Of a DNA stretch of 64,000 nt, positions 44,995-55,192 are shown one piece after another. Position 1 is the stretch's first letter; each line of letters begins with the position of its first letter. The position numbers and the translations under genes are program-made. The notes beneath the pieces are model-generated. The model ran no database searches. It saw only the letters and a program-made list of their open reading frames with translations, and was not told the DNA's origin. The DNA comes from Candidatus Cloacimonadales bacterium (GTDB lineage Bacteria > Cloacimonadota > Cloacimonadia > Cloacimonadales > JAIOQZ01): NCBI GenBank assembly GCA_963662655.2, contig CAXXTU010000002.1, forward strand, positions 1-64,000, written 5' to 3'.

Positions 44995-47802
44995 TCAGAA
45001 GTCGCGATAGGTCTCCATACGCTCGATGTATTGCCGGATGAACTGCCTGTCGTCCTCGGGGGTTTTGGCTGTTTCGAGCCACTCCTTCATCAGCTCGAAC
45101 GACCACCAATTCAGCTTGAGACCATCATAGAGGTATTTATCGACTTTATCGCTATCATAGGGAAGGTCTCTGAGTCTTCGGGATATCATTTCAAGGAACA
45201 AGGCCACGACAAGCTCCTGATCCTGATCCGTGCGCTCGGGCGCTAGCTTGGCCTGCTTCTCGGCTTCGGCGTAGTCTCCCATGATGATGAGCAGCTCGGA
45301 GTAGCTGAGCAGCGCTCCCATGAAATCGGGTTGGAGCTCGATGGCTCTACGGTAGGTTTCGGTAGCTTCTTCGTATTTCCCGGCGTCAACGAGGATCCCG
45401 GCTCTGGAGGAAAGTAAGTCACCATTCCCCTGGTCGAGCTCAATCGCTTTGTCGATCGCGGCGAGCGCTTCGTCGTACTTCTCGAGCTCCGAGAGGTACG
45501 AAGCCTTGAACTTGTAGAACCTTGGTTCTTCCGGTTCGAGCTCGATCGCCTTGTTGATCGTGTCCACAGCTTTCCGGTAGTTTTTCTTGAAGTAGTAGCA
45601 GTGCGCCAGCATGTCGTAAACAGCCGATTGAGCGCGGTCGAGCAGTCTAAGCGATTCCTGATATGCGTTGATTGCGTTGTCGTATTGATCCAGTGAAAAA
45701 TAAAGGTCGCCCTTCAGTTTGAGATAGAAGCCCTCATCCGCATCCAGCTCGATCGCCCTTTCAATGTCCGCCAGAGCGCTCTCTTTCTGGTCGACGAGCA
45801 TTTTTACGGCGGCGCGCTGACTAAAGGCGTATGGATTCTCCGGATCGAGCGCGATGTATTCATTGAAGTCCTTCAGCGCGAAACCGTACTCGCCGTTTCG
45901 GAAGTAACTGACGCCCCGTTGCAGCCAGGCTTCGGGGTAGTCGGTATCGTGGTTGATCAGCCAGCTCAAATCCTCAATGGATTTCTCGTATTCGCCGGCT
46001 TCCTGGTAATAGATGCCTCGAAGATACAAAACATAGCGGTTGTTCGGATTCCTCTCGATGTAGGCGTCGATATCCTCGATCGCTTCTGCGAGCTTGCCCT
46101 GCATGGCGTAACTCGTACTTCGCCAGTAGAGCAGTTCGATCTTGTCGGAACCAAGCTCGATAGCGCGCGAGAAATCGTTCTCCGCTGCGGGATACTGGTC
46201 AAGCCGCGTGTTGATCTTTCCGCGAATGATAAAGGGATCGACAAGATAGGGGCTCTCCTCGATGCAAAGGGTGAGTTCTTTCTTGGCCTCCTGAAGCGCT
46301 CCCGCCTGGAACAAGGCGAGTCCCTTATGGAAATGGGTGAGATTCTCGTACTTTGTCTGGAGCGAATCGACTTCGCTTTGCATCTCGGAAACGACTTCCT
46401 CGTTGAAGAGGTCGATCGCTTCCTGAACAAGGCTTTCCGGAATGGCAAAGGCGGTTGATTCGTAGTTCATCTCTTCGACCCCGAGCTTGCTCAGGCTATA
46501 GATGTACAGCAGGTAGAATTTGTTCTTCACCTCCTCATCCGCGCTACGCTCCATTCCTCTGCGGTACATGACAGCCGCATAGCCATGCGCATCGAGAAGA
46601 CTCATCATCTGGCCGGAGAGGTAGTAGTAATCGAGCTCGGACGCGAATTGATCCGGCTTCGGGAAGAGGTTGAGCCTGATTTTTGTCATCAGGTAGATGT
46701 CTTTCGCGCTGATGGCCGGGTAGCTGTCCATATAGAGAACGTCGCACTGCTTGTAAATCTTCTCTCTGAATAGCTCGGCGAATTCCTCTTCGCGTCCCTC
46801 GCGATAGTATTCAGGGTATTGCAACATCAGCATGTAGTAGTTGAGATTGGGCGATTTGGGATAGTTCGCGAGAACCGCTTCAAGCTTCTCTTGTGCTCCA
46901 TCCGCGTATCCCTCTTCGAGCTGGTTCGTGATGGGGTCGATATCGCTTTTCAACTGGCGCGACATGATGGCGTAGTAATCCATGGCATCCTGGATGATCA
47001 ACGAGAGCGGTGTGGCGAACGCGGCGTAATTGAGGAATGTCAGGTATACCGAGCTCGCTTTATCGTACTCGCCATGCTGGATGTGAAGTAGTACCCGATA
47101 ATACTGGAGAAGTGGGCGGTCTGTCGAGAACTCGGCGTCCGCCATCCAGAAGAGCTTCTCCCGCTCGGTGAGTTGCTCGGTCGTCAACGTGTCCGGTGCG
47201 CTTTCCACGAAATCCATGTAGGTTTTCAGCGCGGGTACTTTCTCGATAACGTCCTGCATCCCGTCGACGAACAGCGGCATCGCGACTTCGTCGCACCATT
47301 TCTTATAGGCGATGTTTTGCTCCTCCAGATTCATCAGGAAGAAGTTTCTTTTATTCATGTCCTCCAGCTTTTCGAGGAAATCCTGCGGGATTTTCCCTTC
47401 CCGGGGTTGATTGCGATTGAACACGAACAGGAGCTTGAAATCTTTATACTTGGGAACTGGGACTGCATTCATATCGAGGGTCGGTTTGTAACCGGTGATG
47501 GAGGGATTGGTCTTGGCGGTTATCTGATGCTTGCCGTCCTTGTTCAAGACCATGCTGATCCATACGTTGCGCGGGATCGAATCGGCGGGAAGATCGGCTT
47601 CCAGATGGACAAGCGTGGAATCGAGCCATGCTGTAAACGCTTTGCCATCGAAGTTGAGCGGAATGGTTCGTTGATCGGAGATGAAGAGGACTTCCTTCTC
47701 TTTCAGCGGCTTTGGTTCGCCGGATTTATCGAGAGCCGGTTTCTGGGCGGTTGCACAACCCATGATGGTTAAGGTCAGAAAAATCAGTATTATGTTTCGC
47801 AT
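44995..47802 (-). CDS. Large TPR-repeat lipoprotein
   Basis: Lipobox-like IMGC after a hydrophobic stretch; many C-terminal TPRs; RBS GGAGG. Confidence 0.85.
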   Translation of the reverse strand: MRNIILIFLTLTIMGCATAQKPALDKSGEPKPLKEKEVLFISDQRTIPLNFDGKAFTAWLDSTLVHLEADLPADSIPRNVWISMVLNKDGKHQITAKTNPSITGYKPTLDMNAVPVPKYKDFKLLFVFNRNQPREGKIPQDFLEKLEDMNKRNFFLMNLEEQNIAYKKWCDEVAMPLFVDGMQDVIEKVPALKTYMDFVESAPDTLTTEQLTEREKLFWMADAEFSTDRPLLQYYRVLLHIQHGEYDKASSVYLTFLNYAAFATPLSLIIQDAMDYYAIMSRQLKSDIDPITNQLEEGYADGAQEKLEAVLANYPKSPNLNYYMLMLQYPEYYREGREEEFAELFREKIYKQCDVLYMDSYPAISAKDIYLMTKIRLNLFPKPDQFASELDYYYLSGQMMSLLDAHGYAAVMYRRGMERSADEEVKNKFYLLYIYSLSKLGVEEMNYESTAFAIPESLVQEAIDLFNEEVVSEMQSEVDSLQTKYENLTHFHKGLALFQAGALQEAKKELTLCIEESPYLVDPFIIRGKINTRLDQYPAAENDFSRAIELGSDKIELLYWRSTSYAMQGKLAEAIEDIDAYIERNPNNRYVLYLRGIYYQEAGEYEKSIEDLSWLINHDTDYPEAWLQRGVSYFRNGEYGFALKDFNEYIALDPENPYAFSQRAAVKMLVDQKESALADIERAIELDADEGFYLKLKGDLYFSLDQYDNAINAYQESLRLLDRAQSAVYDMLAHCYYFKKNYRKAVDTINKAIELEPEEPRFYKFKASYLSELEKYDEALAAIDKAIELDQGNGDLLSSRAGILVDAGKYEEATETYRRAIELQPDFMGALLSYSELLIIMGDYAEAEKQAKLAPERTDQDQELVVALFLEMISRRLRDLPYDSDKVDKYLYDGLKLNWWSFELMKEWLETAKTPEDDRQFIRQYIERMETYRDF

Positions 47803-47959
47803 GAAGCCTCCGTTGACACAAGGAACAAATTCGACATCGTATGATGTCACTGTTTGAAGAACCCGTTTTTTGTCACGATATTACGCTGTTTTTCAATTGA
47901 TTTCTGTGATTTGCACATGCTTTCTCCCCAGAGGGACATCGACCGACGGGTGAACGGGT

Positions 47960-48307
47960 TTACCCGATGCCTTTTCTGAAGATGAAATAGACAGCTCCGA
48001 GAAGGCAAAGGCTCGCCCACAGATAGTCGAGCGTGAGTCGTTGTCGCATGTAAAACACACAGAACGCCGCGAACACCGTCATGGTGATTACTTCCTGGAT
48101 GATCTTGAGTTGTGGAAGCGAATAGCTCTGGAATCCGATGCGGTTCGCAGGGACTTGCAGGCAGTATTCGAAAAGGGCGATTCCCCAGCTAATCAGAATG
48201 ACGACGATCAGCGGCCGCGTGCTGAAGTCCTTCAGGTGACCGTACCAGGCGTACGTCATAAAGAGGTTGGAGCCAACCAGCAGAAGTAATGGGAGAAGCA
48301 GTTTCAT
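47960..48307 (-). CDS. DMT family (DUF486-type) small membrane protein
   Basis: SNLFMTYAWYGHLK, SWGIALFEY..QVPANRIG, LKIIQEVIT. Confidence 0.9.
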   Translation of the reverse strand: MKLLLPLLLLVGSNLFMTYAWYGHLKDFSTRPLIVVILISWGIALFEYCLQVPANRIGFQSYSLPQLKIIQEVITMTVFAAFCVFYMRQRLTLDYLWASLCLLGAVYFIFRKGIG

Positions 48308-48535
48308 CGATACCTCGATCAATATAAGAATTTCGCGAATGGTTTCCCGGCATCGCGTTCGGTGTCAAATGCTTTCTTGCTATCGAGTCGGAGGCGGGAA
48401 AATATAGCGGTAAAGGGGAAATCGAGATGGAGATTTTCCGTGGATGCAAAAGTTCATTGACAAAACTTTTGCGATCCGTAGATAGGAACCTTTTACCGGT
48501 TGTGGCTTTCTACGACCGAGGAACTGGAGGTTTTT

Positions 48536-48985
48536 ATGTTCCTTCATACCCTGAACGATCAGGAAAAGCAAGCCTACCTGCGAATCGCGCAATACGCGCT
48601 CAACATTGACTTCGACTTCTCCGTGTGCGAAGAAAACATGCTCAGAAACCAGTGCCACGAAATGGAGATTGCTTATGACGAGCTTGATCTGAGCGATTTC
48701 ATTCTCGAAGACCATCTGGCAATATTCGAAACCGAGCAATCGAAGCGGATCATGTTCATCGAAGTCGTTTCGCTCATGTTTATGGACAAGCATCTCGAGC
48801 CGCTCGAGAAAAAGCTGCTGGATCGAATCGACAAGTACTTCGGTTTCGAGGGCGAATTCATGAACAATGCGACCCAATACGCGCGACAATACATCGAAGC
48901 GTACTACCGCGGCAGGATGCTCGTGTTCAATAACGGCCACGACGAGTTGAGAGACCCGGGTGATCTGGAGAGCCTCGACTCGTAG
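48536..48985 (+). CDS. TerB-like hypothetical protein
   Basis: MFL..L...EK.A.L.A...D....E pattern repeated; RBS GGAGG. Confidence 0.6.
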   Translation: MFLHTLNDQEKQAYLRIAQYALNIDFDFSVCEENMLRNQCHEMEIAYDELDLSDFILEDHLAIFETEQSKRIMFIEVVSLMFMDKHLEPLEKKLLDRIDKYFGFEGEFMNNATQYARQYIEAYYRGRMLVFNNGHDELRDPGDLESLDS

Positions 48986-48991
48986 AGAGTG

Positions 48992-49540
48992 TTAGTTAAT
49001 CTCGGCTCCCGAGATGGTTCTGCCGTCTTTGTTGAAGACGATCTCCGAGGTTTTCCAGCGATTCATGGGGTAGATCCAGTTGTTGAGTTTTGTGGAAAAC
49101 GTCGAACGGTTCGGGGGATACCCCCACGACACCAGAACGGCTTCTTTGCTCATACCCTGGCAGATAACGCCCTTCACGATCGCGTCGACTTCCATTTCGG
49201 TGAAATCCGCCGTAAGCGCTTTGAAATCTTTGTCGGTGAACATCCGCGCTTTCAGGTCGTCGAGGGTGAAGTCTTCGCCCTGAACGCGACTCTGGATATA
49301 GACCTTGAATGATTTCTCGTATTCCGGTGTGTTGAACGCCAGATACATTCGCGTTTTGTTATCCGTCTTGATCTCGATCCGATCGACCAGCGTTCCGGCA
49401 GGCACCATCGTTCCGCGCTTGTAATTGCAGGAGAAAATGATGTCCGGTTTTTCGATCCAGATGTTGTAGGCGAGATACGTTTGAGCAAAACAGATACAGG
49501 TCACGGTCAACAGAACAATCGATAATATCACCTTGCGCAT
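48992..49540 (-). CDS. Exported hypothetical protein with SmpA/BamE-like C-terminal motif
   Basis: Signal peptide; GMSKEAVLVSWGYP...WIY. Confidence 0.65.
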   Translation of the reverse strand: MRKVILSIVLLTVTCICFAQTYLAYNIWIEKPDIIFSCNYKRGTMVPAGTLVDRIEIKTDNKTRMYLAFNTPEYEKSFKVYIQSRVQGEDFTLDDLKARMFTDKDFKALTADFTEMEVDAIVKGVICQGMSKEAVLVSWGYPPNRSTFSTKLNNWIYPMNRWKTSEIVFNKDGRTISGAEIN

Positions 49541-49675
49541 GGCAGCCTCCGCTTGGATTTTTTTCTCAATTCGTATTGATATCATAAAAATCTGTCAATC
49601 TGAATGAGTTGTCAAGTAAATCTCATGACTCTCTTTTCTTGACATGAAAGGGTATGAATAAATGATACGCATCAA

Positions 49676-52228
49676 ATGATAAAGACGGCGCAATCCAAGT
49701 TAGTACCTATATTGATCGTGGTCGCGATCCTGGTGATTGTCCTTCCGCAGCAGGCTCAGGAGAAGCTTGTGGGGGACATCGACAGCCTGCAAGCAGACAG
49801 CCTGCCGGCTGTTTCCGATTCATTGGATAGCCTTTATTTAACATCCGATAGCTTGTTTTCAGACAGCCTTTACACTTTTTCCGATAGTCTGGCTCTGGAT
49901 AGTCTTTATACCCTTGCGGACAGCATTGCCATTGAAGATTCGGTAGCCATCGATTCCATCTATTACAAAGCCGACAGCGTTTTCTACTATGTGCAGAAGG
50001 AACGGATCAAGCTTTCCGGCAACGCGTTCCTGCGGTACCAAGGCGCGACCATCAGCTCGGACACAATTAGCGTCGATATGAAGGAACAGCAAGCATCGTC
50101 CCAGGGGCAGGCACTGATGAAAGAGGGCGCGCACCAGTTGTTGGGCGAGGAAATCCATTTCGATATCGAGAATCAGACCGGCTTGATCGCGCAGGGCGCG
50201 ACGAAGTTCGACAAGGGTTATTACTACGGCAAGGAAGTGAGGAAGGTCGGGAAGGAAGTCTTCGATATCGATAGCGGCTACTTTACCACTTGTGATTCAG
50301 AAGAGCCGCATTACTACATCTTCTCGCGCGATATGCGAATGTATAAGGACGACAAGATCGTTGCCAAACCGGTTGTGTTTTACGTGAATCACTTCCCTGT
50401 GCTTGCCTTGCCGTTTGCAACGTTTACCATCAAGCGGGGGAGGCAGACCGGATTTCTGGTTGCGGAGCCTGGCTATAACAGCAGCGATGGAAAATATTTG
50501 AAGAATATCGCGTACTTCATCGCCTTCAGCGATTACGCGGATGTGACGGCTGCATTGGATTATATGGAAAAGACCGGTTGGGAAAGCCGGGTGAATGGGC
50601 GCTACAATAAGCAATACGATTTCCACGGCGATTATCTAACGCGATTGAAAAAGCGCAACGGAGGCTTGGGAAGCAGCGATACATACGAGTGGTTAATTGA
50701 ATCGAACCATCATCATGATCTCGGATATCAAACAACTTTCGACTCCGATCTTTATTTTATCAGCAACAAAAACATCCTGGATAATAGCGATGATATCAAT
50801 GAGCGTTTGAAGGAAAGCATCAAATCTTCGATGACCTATAAAACGCCGCTGTTTGATCGGACGCTTTCCGTGCATGGATCGTATTCCGAGGATCTCGTCA
50901 AGGATTTGAAGAAGCTCACATTGCCTTCCATCAGTTATTCACTACCATCCAAACCGGTGTATGAGCTTTTCCTGGATAGCAAGGACATCGAAGAGAAAGA
51001 GGATGACGACGACGAGGACAGTTGGTGGGAGCCGCTATCGTATTCGTATTCGTTCGATGGTGCACACACCGGGACGATAACCGAGAAGGATCCTGATCTG
51101 AGATACGTTTTATGGAAGAATCACAAGGATTCAACCGGTACCTATATCAGTGAGCACCATGCCGGTATTCACAATTCGGCGGGATTGAATTACTCCTGGA
51201 AGGCTTTCGGCTGGCTTAGCTTGAGTCAGTCTGTAAAGGGGAATGCGATCATTATCGATCGGGGCCGGAACAGCGACGAGCTTGCCGGCGGTTACGATTA
51301 CAGCACAACTTCCAAAGCGTCTTTTTCCATGTACGGCACCCGGCAGATGCCCGAGAAATACATCAGCGGTGTGCGCCATATCTTTACGCCATCGGTATCG
51401 TTTACATATAAGCCGGATTTCACAGAGAACGAGGATCTTTACAGCTTCGGAAGCGTGTATGTGAATTCCGGGGGGAAGAGCCGGACCATAAGCTATGCGC
51501 TGAACAACACATGGCAGATAAAGCTCCGAGGAAAAGACGATGAAAAAGAGAAAAAGCTGAATGACTTCGTGAGTACCTCCTCCAGGTTGACATACAATAT
51601 GGAGAAGGAAGGCAAGAAATTCAGCAACATAACACATTCCATCTCGTTCAAGCCGGCAAGCGCCGATCTGAGACTAATGAGCCTGAACTGGTACAACTCC
51701 GGTTCGGTGACGCAGGACGCTTACAATTTCGATGTGGACTACTGGAAGCTTTCCAGCAAGCTGACACTTTCCGGAGATGCGCCGTATACGGATTACTTTC
51801 CCGAACCACTGAACAGGTTCGAAACGAGTAAGTTTTTCGTCGAGGACTCGCTGACGACAGAGGACGATTCCCCCAGCAAGCTGGATACGATCGAGAAGAT
51901 TGAGGAGCTTGCCGATACGGAGAATTGGAAGATCACGGTGGATCATGATTACTCGAAGTACGTGACGTCGGACAGATATACAAGCAACCTCAGGATTACA
52001 TCATCATTCCGCGTAACCCAGAACTGGATCATCAGCTACGATAATCAAATCGATCTCAAGGAGAGCGAGTTCGTATCTCACAGCCTTCTTATCACAAGGA
52101 TGCTTCATTGCTGGAAGCTGACGTTCAAGTGGGAGAAGAGCGGAGACTATTGGGATTACCGGCTGACGCTCTTCGCCATCAAGCTGCCCGATGCGTTGAA
52201 GTTCCGTACTTCCGACAACAAGCATTAG
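49676..52228 (+). CDS. lptD: LPS assembly protein LptD (FCB type)
   Basis: N-terminal OstA-like jellyroll, FTTCD..EPHY, P.LALPF, long beta-barrel, LHCW. Confidence 0.88.
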   Translation: MIKTAQSKLVPILIVVAILVIVLPQQAQEKLVGDIDSLQADSLPAVSDSLDSLYLTSDSLFSDSLYTFSDSLALDSLYTLADSIAIEDSVAIDSIYYKADSVFYYVQKERIKLSGNAFLRYQGATISSDTISVDMKEQQASSQGQALMKEGAHQLLGEEIHFDIENQTGLIAQGATKFDKGYYYGKEVRKVGKEVFDIDSGYFTTCDSEEPHYYIFSRDMRMYKDDKIVAKPVVFYVNHFPVLALPFATFTIKRGRQTGFLVAEPGYNSSDGKYLKNIAYFIAFSDYADVTAALDYMEKTGWESRVNGRYNKQYDFHGDYLTRLKKRNGGLGSSDTYEWLIESNHHHDLGYQTTFDSDLYFISNKNILDNSDDINERLKESIKSSMTYKTPLFDRTLSVHGSYSEDLVKDLKKLTLPSISYSLPSKPVYELFLDSKDIEEKEDDDDEDSWWEPLSYSYSFDGAHTGTITEKDPDLRYVLWKNHKDSTGTYISEHHAGIHNSAGLNYSWKAFGWLSLSQSVKGNAIIIDRGRNSDELAGGYDYSTTSKASFSMYGTRQMPEKYISGVRHIFTPSVSFTYKPDFTENEDLYSFGSVYVNSGGKSRTISYALNNTWQIKLRGKDDEKEKKLNDFVSTSSRLTYNMEKEGKKFSNITHSISFKPASADLRLMSLNWYNSGSVTQDAYNFDVDYWKLSSKLTLSGDAPYTDYFPEPLNRFETSKFFVEDSLTTEDDSPSKLDTIEKIEELADTENWKITVDHDYSKYVTSDRYTSNLRITSSFRVTQNWIISYDNQIDLKESEFVSHSLLITRMLHCWKLTFKWEKSGDYWDYRLTLFAIKLPDALKFRTSDNKH

Positions 52229-52265
52229 AGAGAAGAGAGAGTGAGTACGAAGTGTTTGCTCTGGG

Positions 52266-52380
52266 GCACCTTCGCCCGATCCGCTTTTCAACGTGGATAT
52301 ACCACACCCTTACAAATTGGGTGAAGTAATGAGGTAAGGGTGTGAAACACCACGCCGAAAAGCGGATCGAACGAATCTGC
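52266..52380 (+). repeat. Hairpin repeat family 1, copy C
   Basis: GCACCTTCGCCCGATC...GTGGATATACCACACCCTTAC...GTAAGGGTGTGAAACACCAC...GATCGAACGAATCTGC. Confidence 0.88.
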
Positions 52381-52434
52381 CTCCGGCGAACGAGGTTGAA
52401 GACCGTGTAACTGCAAGAAGAGAGGGATATCGCA

Positions 52435-53013
52435 ATGAAGACCGTATTTCTCGATCGGGACGGAACCATCAACAAAGACGAAGTGGGCTATATCAAGCGT
52501 GCGGAGGACTTCCATCTGTTTCCCGCGAGCGCGAGCGCGATTGCCTTGCTGAATCAGGCTGGCTACCGTGTGATTGTCGTGACGAACCAGAGCGGGATTG
52601 CGCGTGAGTATTACACCTTTGAGCAGATTGACGCGGTACACGCGCGATTGCATGAGCTTCTCGCGAAGGAAGGGGCGCATGTCGACGACATCTTCATCTC
52701 TCCGTATCACCGCAAAGGAACGCTGCCGCCGTACAACGTGGATCACGAGGACCGCAAGCCGGGACTGGGGATGTTTCGCAAGGCGAGGGGGAAATACGAG
52801 ATTTCCGTGAGCGATTCGTGGATGATTGGCGATAAATACGCGGACGTGTTGTTTGGCCGGAAGGCCGGATTGCGAACGATTCTGGTGGAAACTGGCTACG
52901 GCCGCGAGGAGTTTATCGAGCGTCGCCATGAGTGGGATATCCAGCCCGACTATGTTGCAAAGGATTTACTGGCCGCGGTGAAGTTGATACTGTGGGCGGA
53001 AGGGAATCAATAG
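52435..53013 (+). CDS. gmhB: D-glycero-D-manno-heptose 1,7-bisphosphate phosphatase (HAD IIIA)
   Basis: FLDRDGTIN, VTNQSG, RKP..GM, MIGD..D. Confidence 0.88.
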   Translation: MKTVFLDRDGTINKDEVGYIKRAEDFHLFPASASAIALLNQAGYRVIVVTNQSGIAREYYTFEQIDAVHARLHELLAKEGAHVDDIFISPYHRKGTLPPYNVDHEDRKPGLGMFRKARGKYEISVSDSWMIGDKYADVLFGRKAGLRTILVETGYGREEFIERRHEWDIQPDYVAKDLLAAVKLILWAEGNQ

Positions 53014-53738
53014 AATTCAGAATCTTTCGCCAGGAGAATCCCGGTCAATTGACCTCCCGCCGAGATCGCTGCCGTTTCCGCGCGAACGATGTGATTACCG
53101 AGCGAGAAGGTCGTAATTCCTTGTTCCAGAATCCAATTCTTCTCATCCTCCGAGAAACCGCCTTCGGGACCTATAACCAGACAAATATTTTCCCTGCCGT
53201 CAACCAGCGTTAGCAGATTCGCTTTCTTTTCCCATTCCGATGCCAACAGAATCTTGTAGCCGGATGCTCGCACCGCATCCAGTTGCTGCCGAAAATCTTT
53301 AACGGGGTGAATCCTGGGGAGAAAGGCACCGTCACACTGTTTGATGGCGGTAATTACAACAGCTTCGAATTTCCCCGCCGCGTTGCCGGAATCCTTTCGC
53401 ACCGTGTAATCGCCGAGAAAGGGAAAGAAATCCTTGAATCCGAGCTCGGTGAGCTTCTCGACAATCATGTGGTCGTGCTTGTTGCGGAGCAGAGAGAACG
53501 CGATTGCGATTCGGGGTTCGCTCGCGACTTTTTCTTCCAGGGAGTCGATCACGAGCTCTGCTTTCTTCTTGCCGATGCTTTCGATGGTCGCTTCCGCGAG
53601 TACGCCGTTGCCGTTGGTCAGCAGAATACGCGTTCCAACGGGCTTGCGCATAACGTGAAACAGGTGATGGAGTTCATCACCTGTCAAAGTCGCTTTCTTT
53701 TGTCCGGGCGAGAGCTCGGGCAGATAATAGCATGGCAT
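53007..53738 (-). CDS. rsmE: 16S rRNA m3U1498 methyltransferase
   Basis: HH...VMR, EKLTELG, IGPEGGFS, LG..I.RAETA. Confidence 0.95.
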   Translation of the reverse strand: MPCYYLPELSPGQKKATLTGDELHHLFHVMRKPVGTRILLTNGNGVLAEATIESIGKKKAELVIDSLEEKVASEPRIAIAFSLLRNKHDHMIVEKLTELGFKDFFPFLGDYTVRKDSGNAAGKFEAVVITAIKQCDGAFLPRIHPVKDFRQQLDAVRASGYKILLASEWEKKANLLTLVDGRENICLVIGPEGGFSEDEKNWILEQGITTFSLGNHIVRAETAAISAGGQLTGILLAKDSEFY

Positions 53739-54892
53739 CAGACGAAGAATTCCTTGAGCTTGTTCAAGAACGATTTCCCCGGCTGGAGGCGTTTCTCGGA
53801 ATCGTACTGCGCGAGTTCTTCCAGAAGTCGCTTCTCCTCAGGATTGATCTTGGTTGGTGTGATCACGCGAACGCGAACGTAGAGATCGCCCTTGTAGCCG
53901 CTGTTGACCTCGGGAAGTCCCTGGCCGCGGATGCGGAAAATCTTGCCCGACTGCGTTCCGGCCGGAACCTTCATCTTGACCTTACCGGAGAGTGTTGGAA
54001 TCTGTAGGTCGGTTCCCAGCGCAGCTTGCGAGAAGCTGATGGGGAATTCGCAGATGAGGTTGTTGCCGTCACGTTCGAAAACATCGTCCTCTTTCTCCTG
54101 GATGATGACGATGATGTCGCCGCGCTGCCCGTTCCGCTTGCCGATGTTACCCTGTCCGCGCAGGCGTATGTATTGCCCCTCGGCAACGCCTGCCGGTATG
54201 TGAATGTTGATGGTTTTCGAGACAGAGACGCGCCCCTCGGTGTTACACTTCGGGCACGGATTCTCTATGATCTTGCCCTCGCCGTGGCAGCTCGGGCAAG
54301 CCGTCATGGTGGCAACCTGTCCAAAAATAGAGCGCTGTAAGCGACGTACCTGGCCGGTGCCGTGGCACTGCGAACAGGTCTTGGAATTGCCGTCCGTGGA
54401 GCCGCTTCCGTTGCAGGAATCGCACGGGTCCATCACGCTGATCTTGATTTTCTTATCGGTACCGTTGGCAATTTCTTTCAGCTTGAGCGACAACGTGAGT
54501 TGCAAATCTTCACCGCGGTTGGATTGCTGCCGGTGACCTCCGCTGCCGAATCCACCGCCGCCTCCGAAGAAGCTCTCGAAGATGCTGCTGAATCCGCTGA
54601 AGATATCGGAGAACTCGCCCTGATGCGAGAAGTCCTGCCAGGAGAATCCACCACCGCCAAACGCCCCTTCAAGGCCGGCGTGACCGTACTGATCATACTT
54701 CTGGCGCTTGTCGGTGTCGCTGAGAACCTCGTAGGCCTCCGCGGCTTCCTTGAATTTCTCTTCCGCTTCCGGGTTGTCCTTGTTCTTGTCGGGATGATAC
54801 ATCATCGCCAGCTTGCGATATGCCTTCTTGATTTCGGAAGCGTCGGCTGTCTTCTCTATTCCAAGCACTTCATAGTAATCACGTTTTGCCAT
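53738..54892 (-). CDS. dnaJ: Chaperone DnaJ
   Basis: J domain HPD, G/F region, CxxCxGxG repeats. Confidence 0.99.
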   Translation of the reverse strand: MAKRDYYEVLGIEKTADASEIKKAYRKLAMMYHPDKNKDNPEAEEKFKEAAEAYEVLSDTDKRQKYDQYGHAGLEGAFGGGGFSWQDFSHQGEFSDIFSGFSSIFESFFGGGGGFGSGGHRQQSNRGEDLQLTLSLKLKEIANGTDKKIKISVMDPCDSCNGSGSTDGNSKTCSQCHGTGQVRRLQRSIFGQVATMTACPSCHGEGKIIENPCPKCNTEGRVSVSKTINIHIPAGVAEGQYIRLRGQGNIGKRNGQRGDIIVIIQEKEDDVFERDGNNLICEFPISFSQAALGTDLQIPTLSGKVKMKVPAGTQSGKIFRIRGQGLPEVNSGYKGDLYVRVRVITPTKINPEEKRLLEELAQYDSEKRLQPGKSFLNKLKEFFV

Positions 54893-54917
54893 TGGGGTAC
54901 CTCGTATAATTTATAGA

Positions 54918-54960
54918 CCCGCAGACATCCTTCTCCGGGTGGGGAAAAGGATGTCGCGGG
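54918..54960. terminator. Hairpin between dnaK and dnaJ (attenuator/mRNA stabiliser)
   Basis: CCCGC-A-GACATCCTT...AAGGATGTC-GCGGG. Confidence 0.55.
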
Positions 54961-55004
54961 GTATCATTACGTTATCATATTCGATTTTGTCGTCCTTCGA
55001 TACA

Positions 55005-55157
55005 TCCTTCGACTCCGCTCAGGATGACACTAAAGCAGGCTCAGGATGACACTAAAGCAGGCTAAGGATGACACAAGGGTAGACCCAGGATGTCACTAAG
55101 CTTGGCTCAGGATGCCAAGCAGTATATGCTCCATTCCACTCTCTGTCATTCTGAGCG
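55005..55157. repeat. REP-like family 3 element with five 22-bp tandem units and an inverted partial copy
   Basis: TCCTTCGACTCCGCTCAGGATGACAC, units GCTCAGGATGACACTAAAGCAG at 55017, 55039, 55061, 55083 and 55105 (decaying), TGTCATTCTGAGCG at 55144. Confidence 0.88.
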
Positions 55158-55192
55158 AGACAAAGCACGACAGCTTAGGACATTCAGGTCAA

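Noticed and set aside
55017..55126. Possible mini CRISPR array
   Set aside because: Units are contiguous 22-mers without unique ~30-bp spacers, and there are no cas genes in the window.
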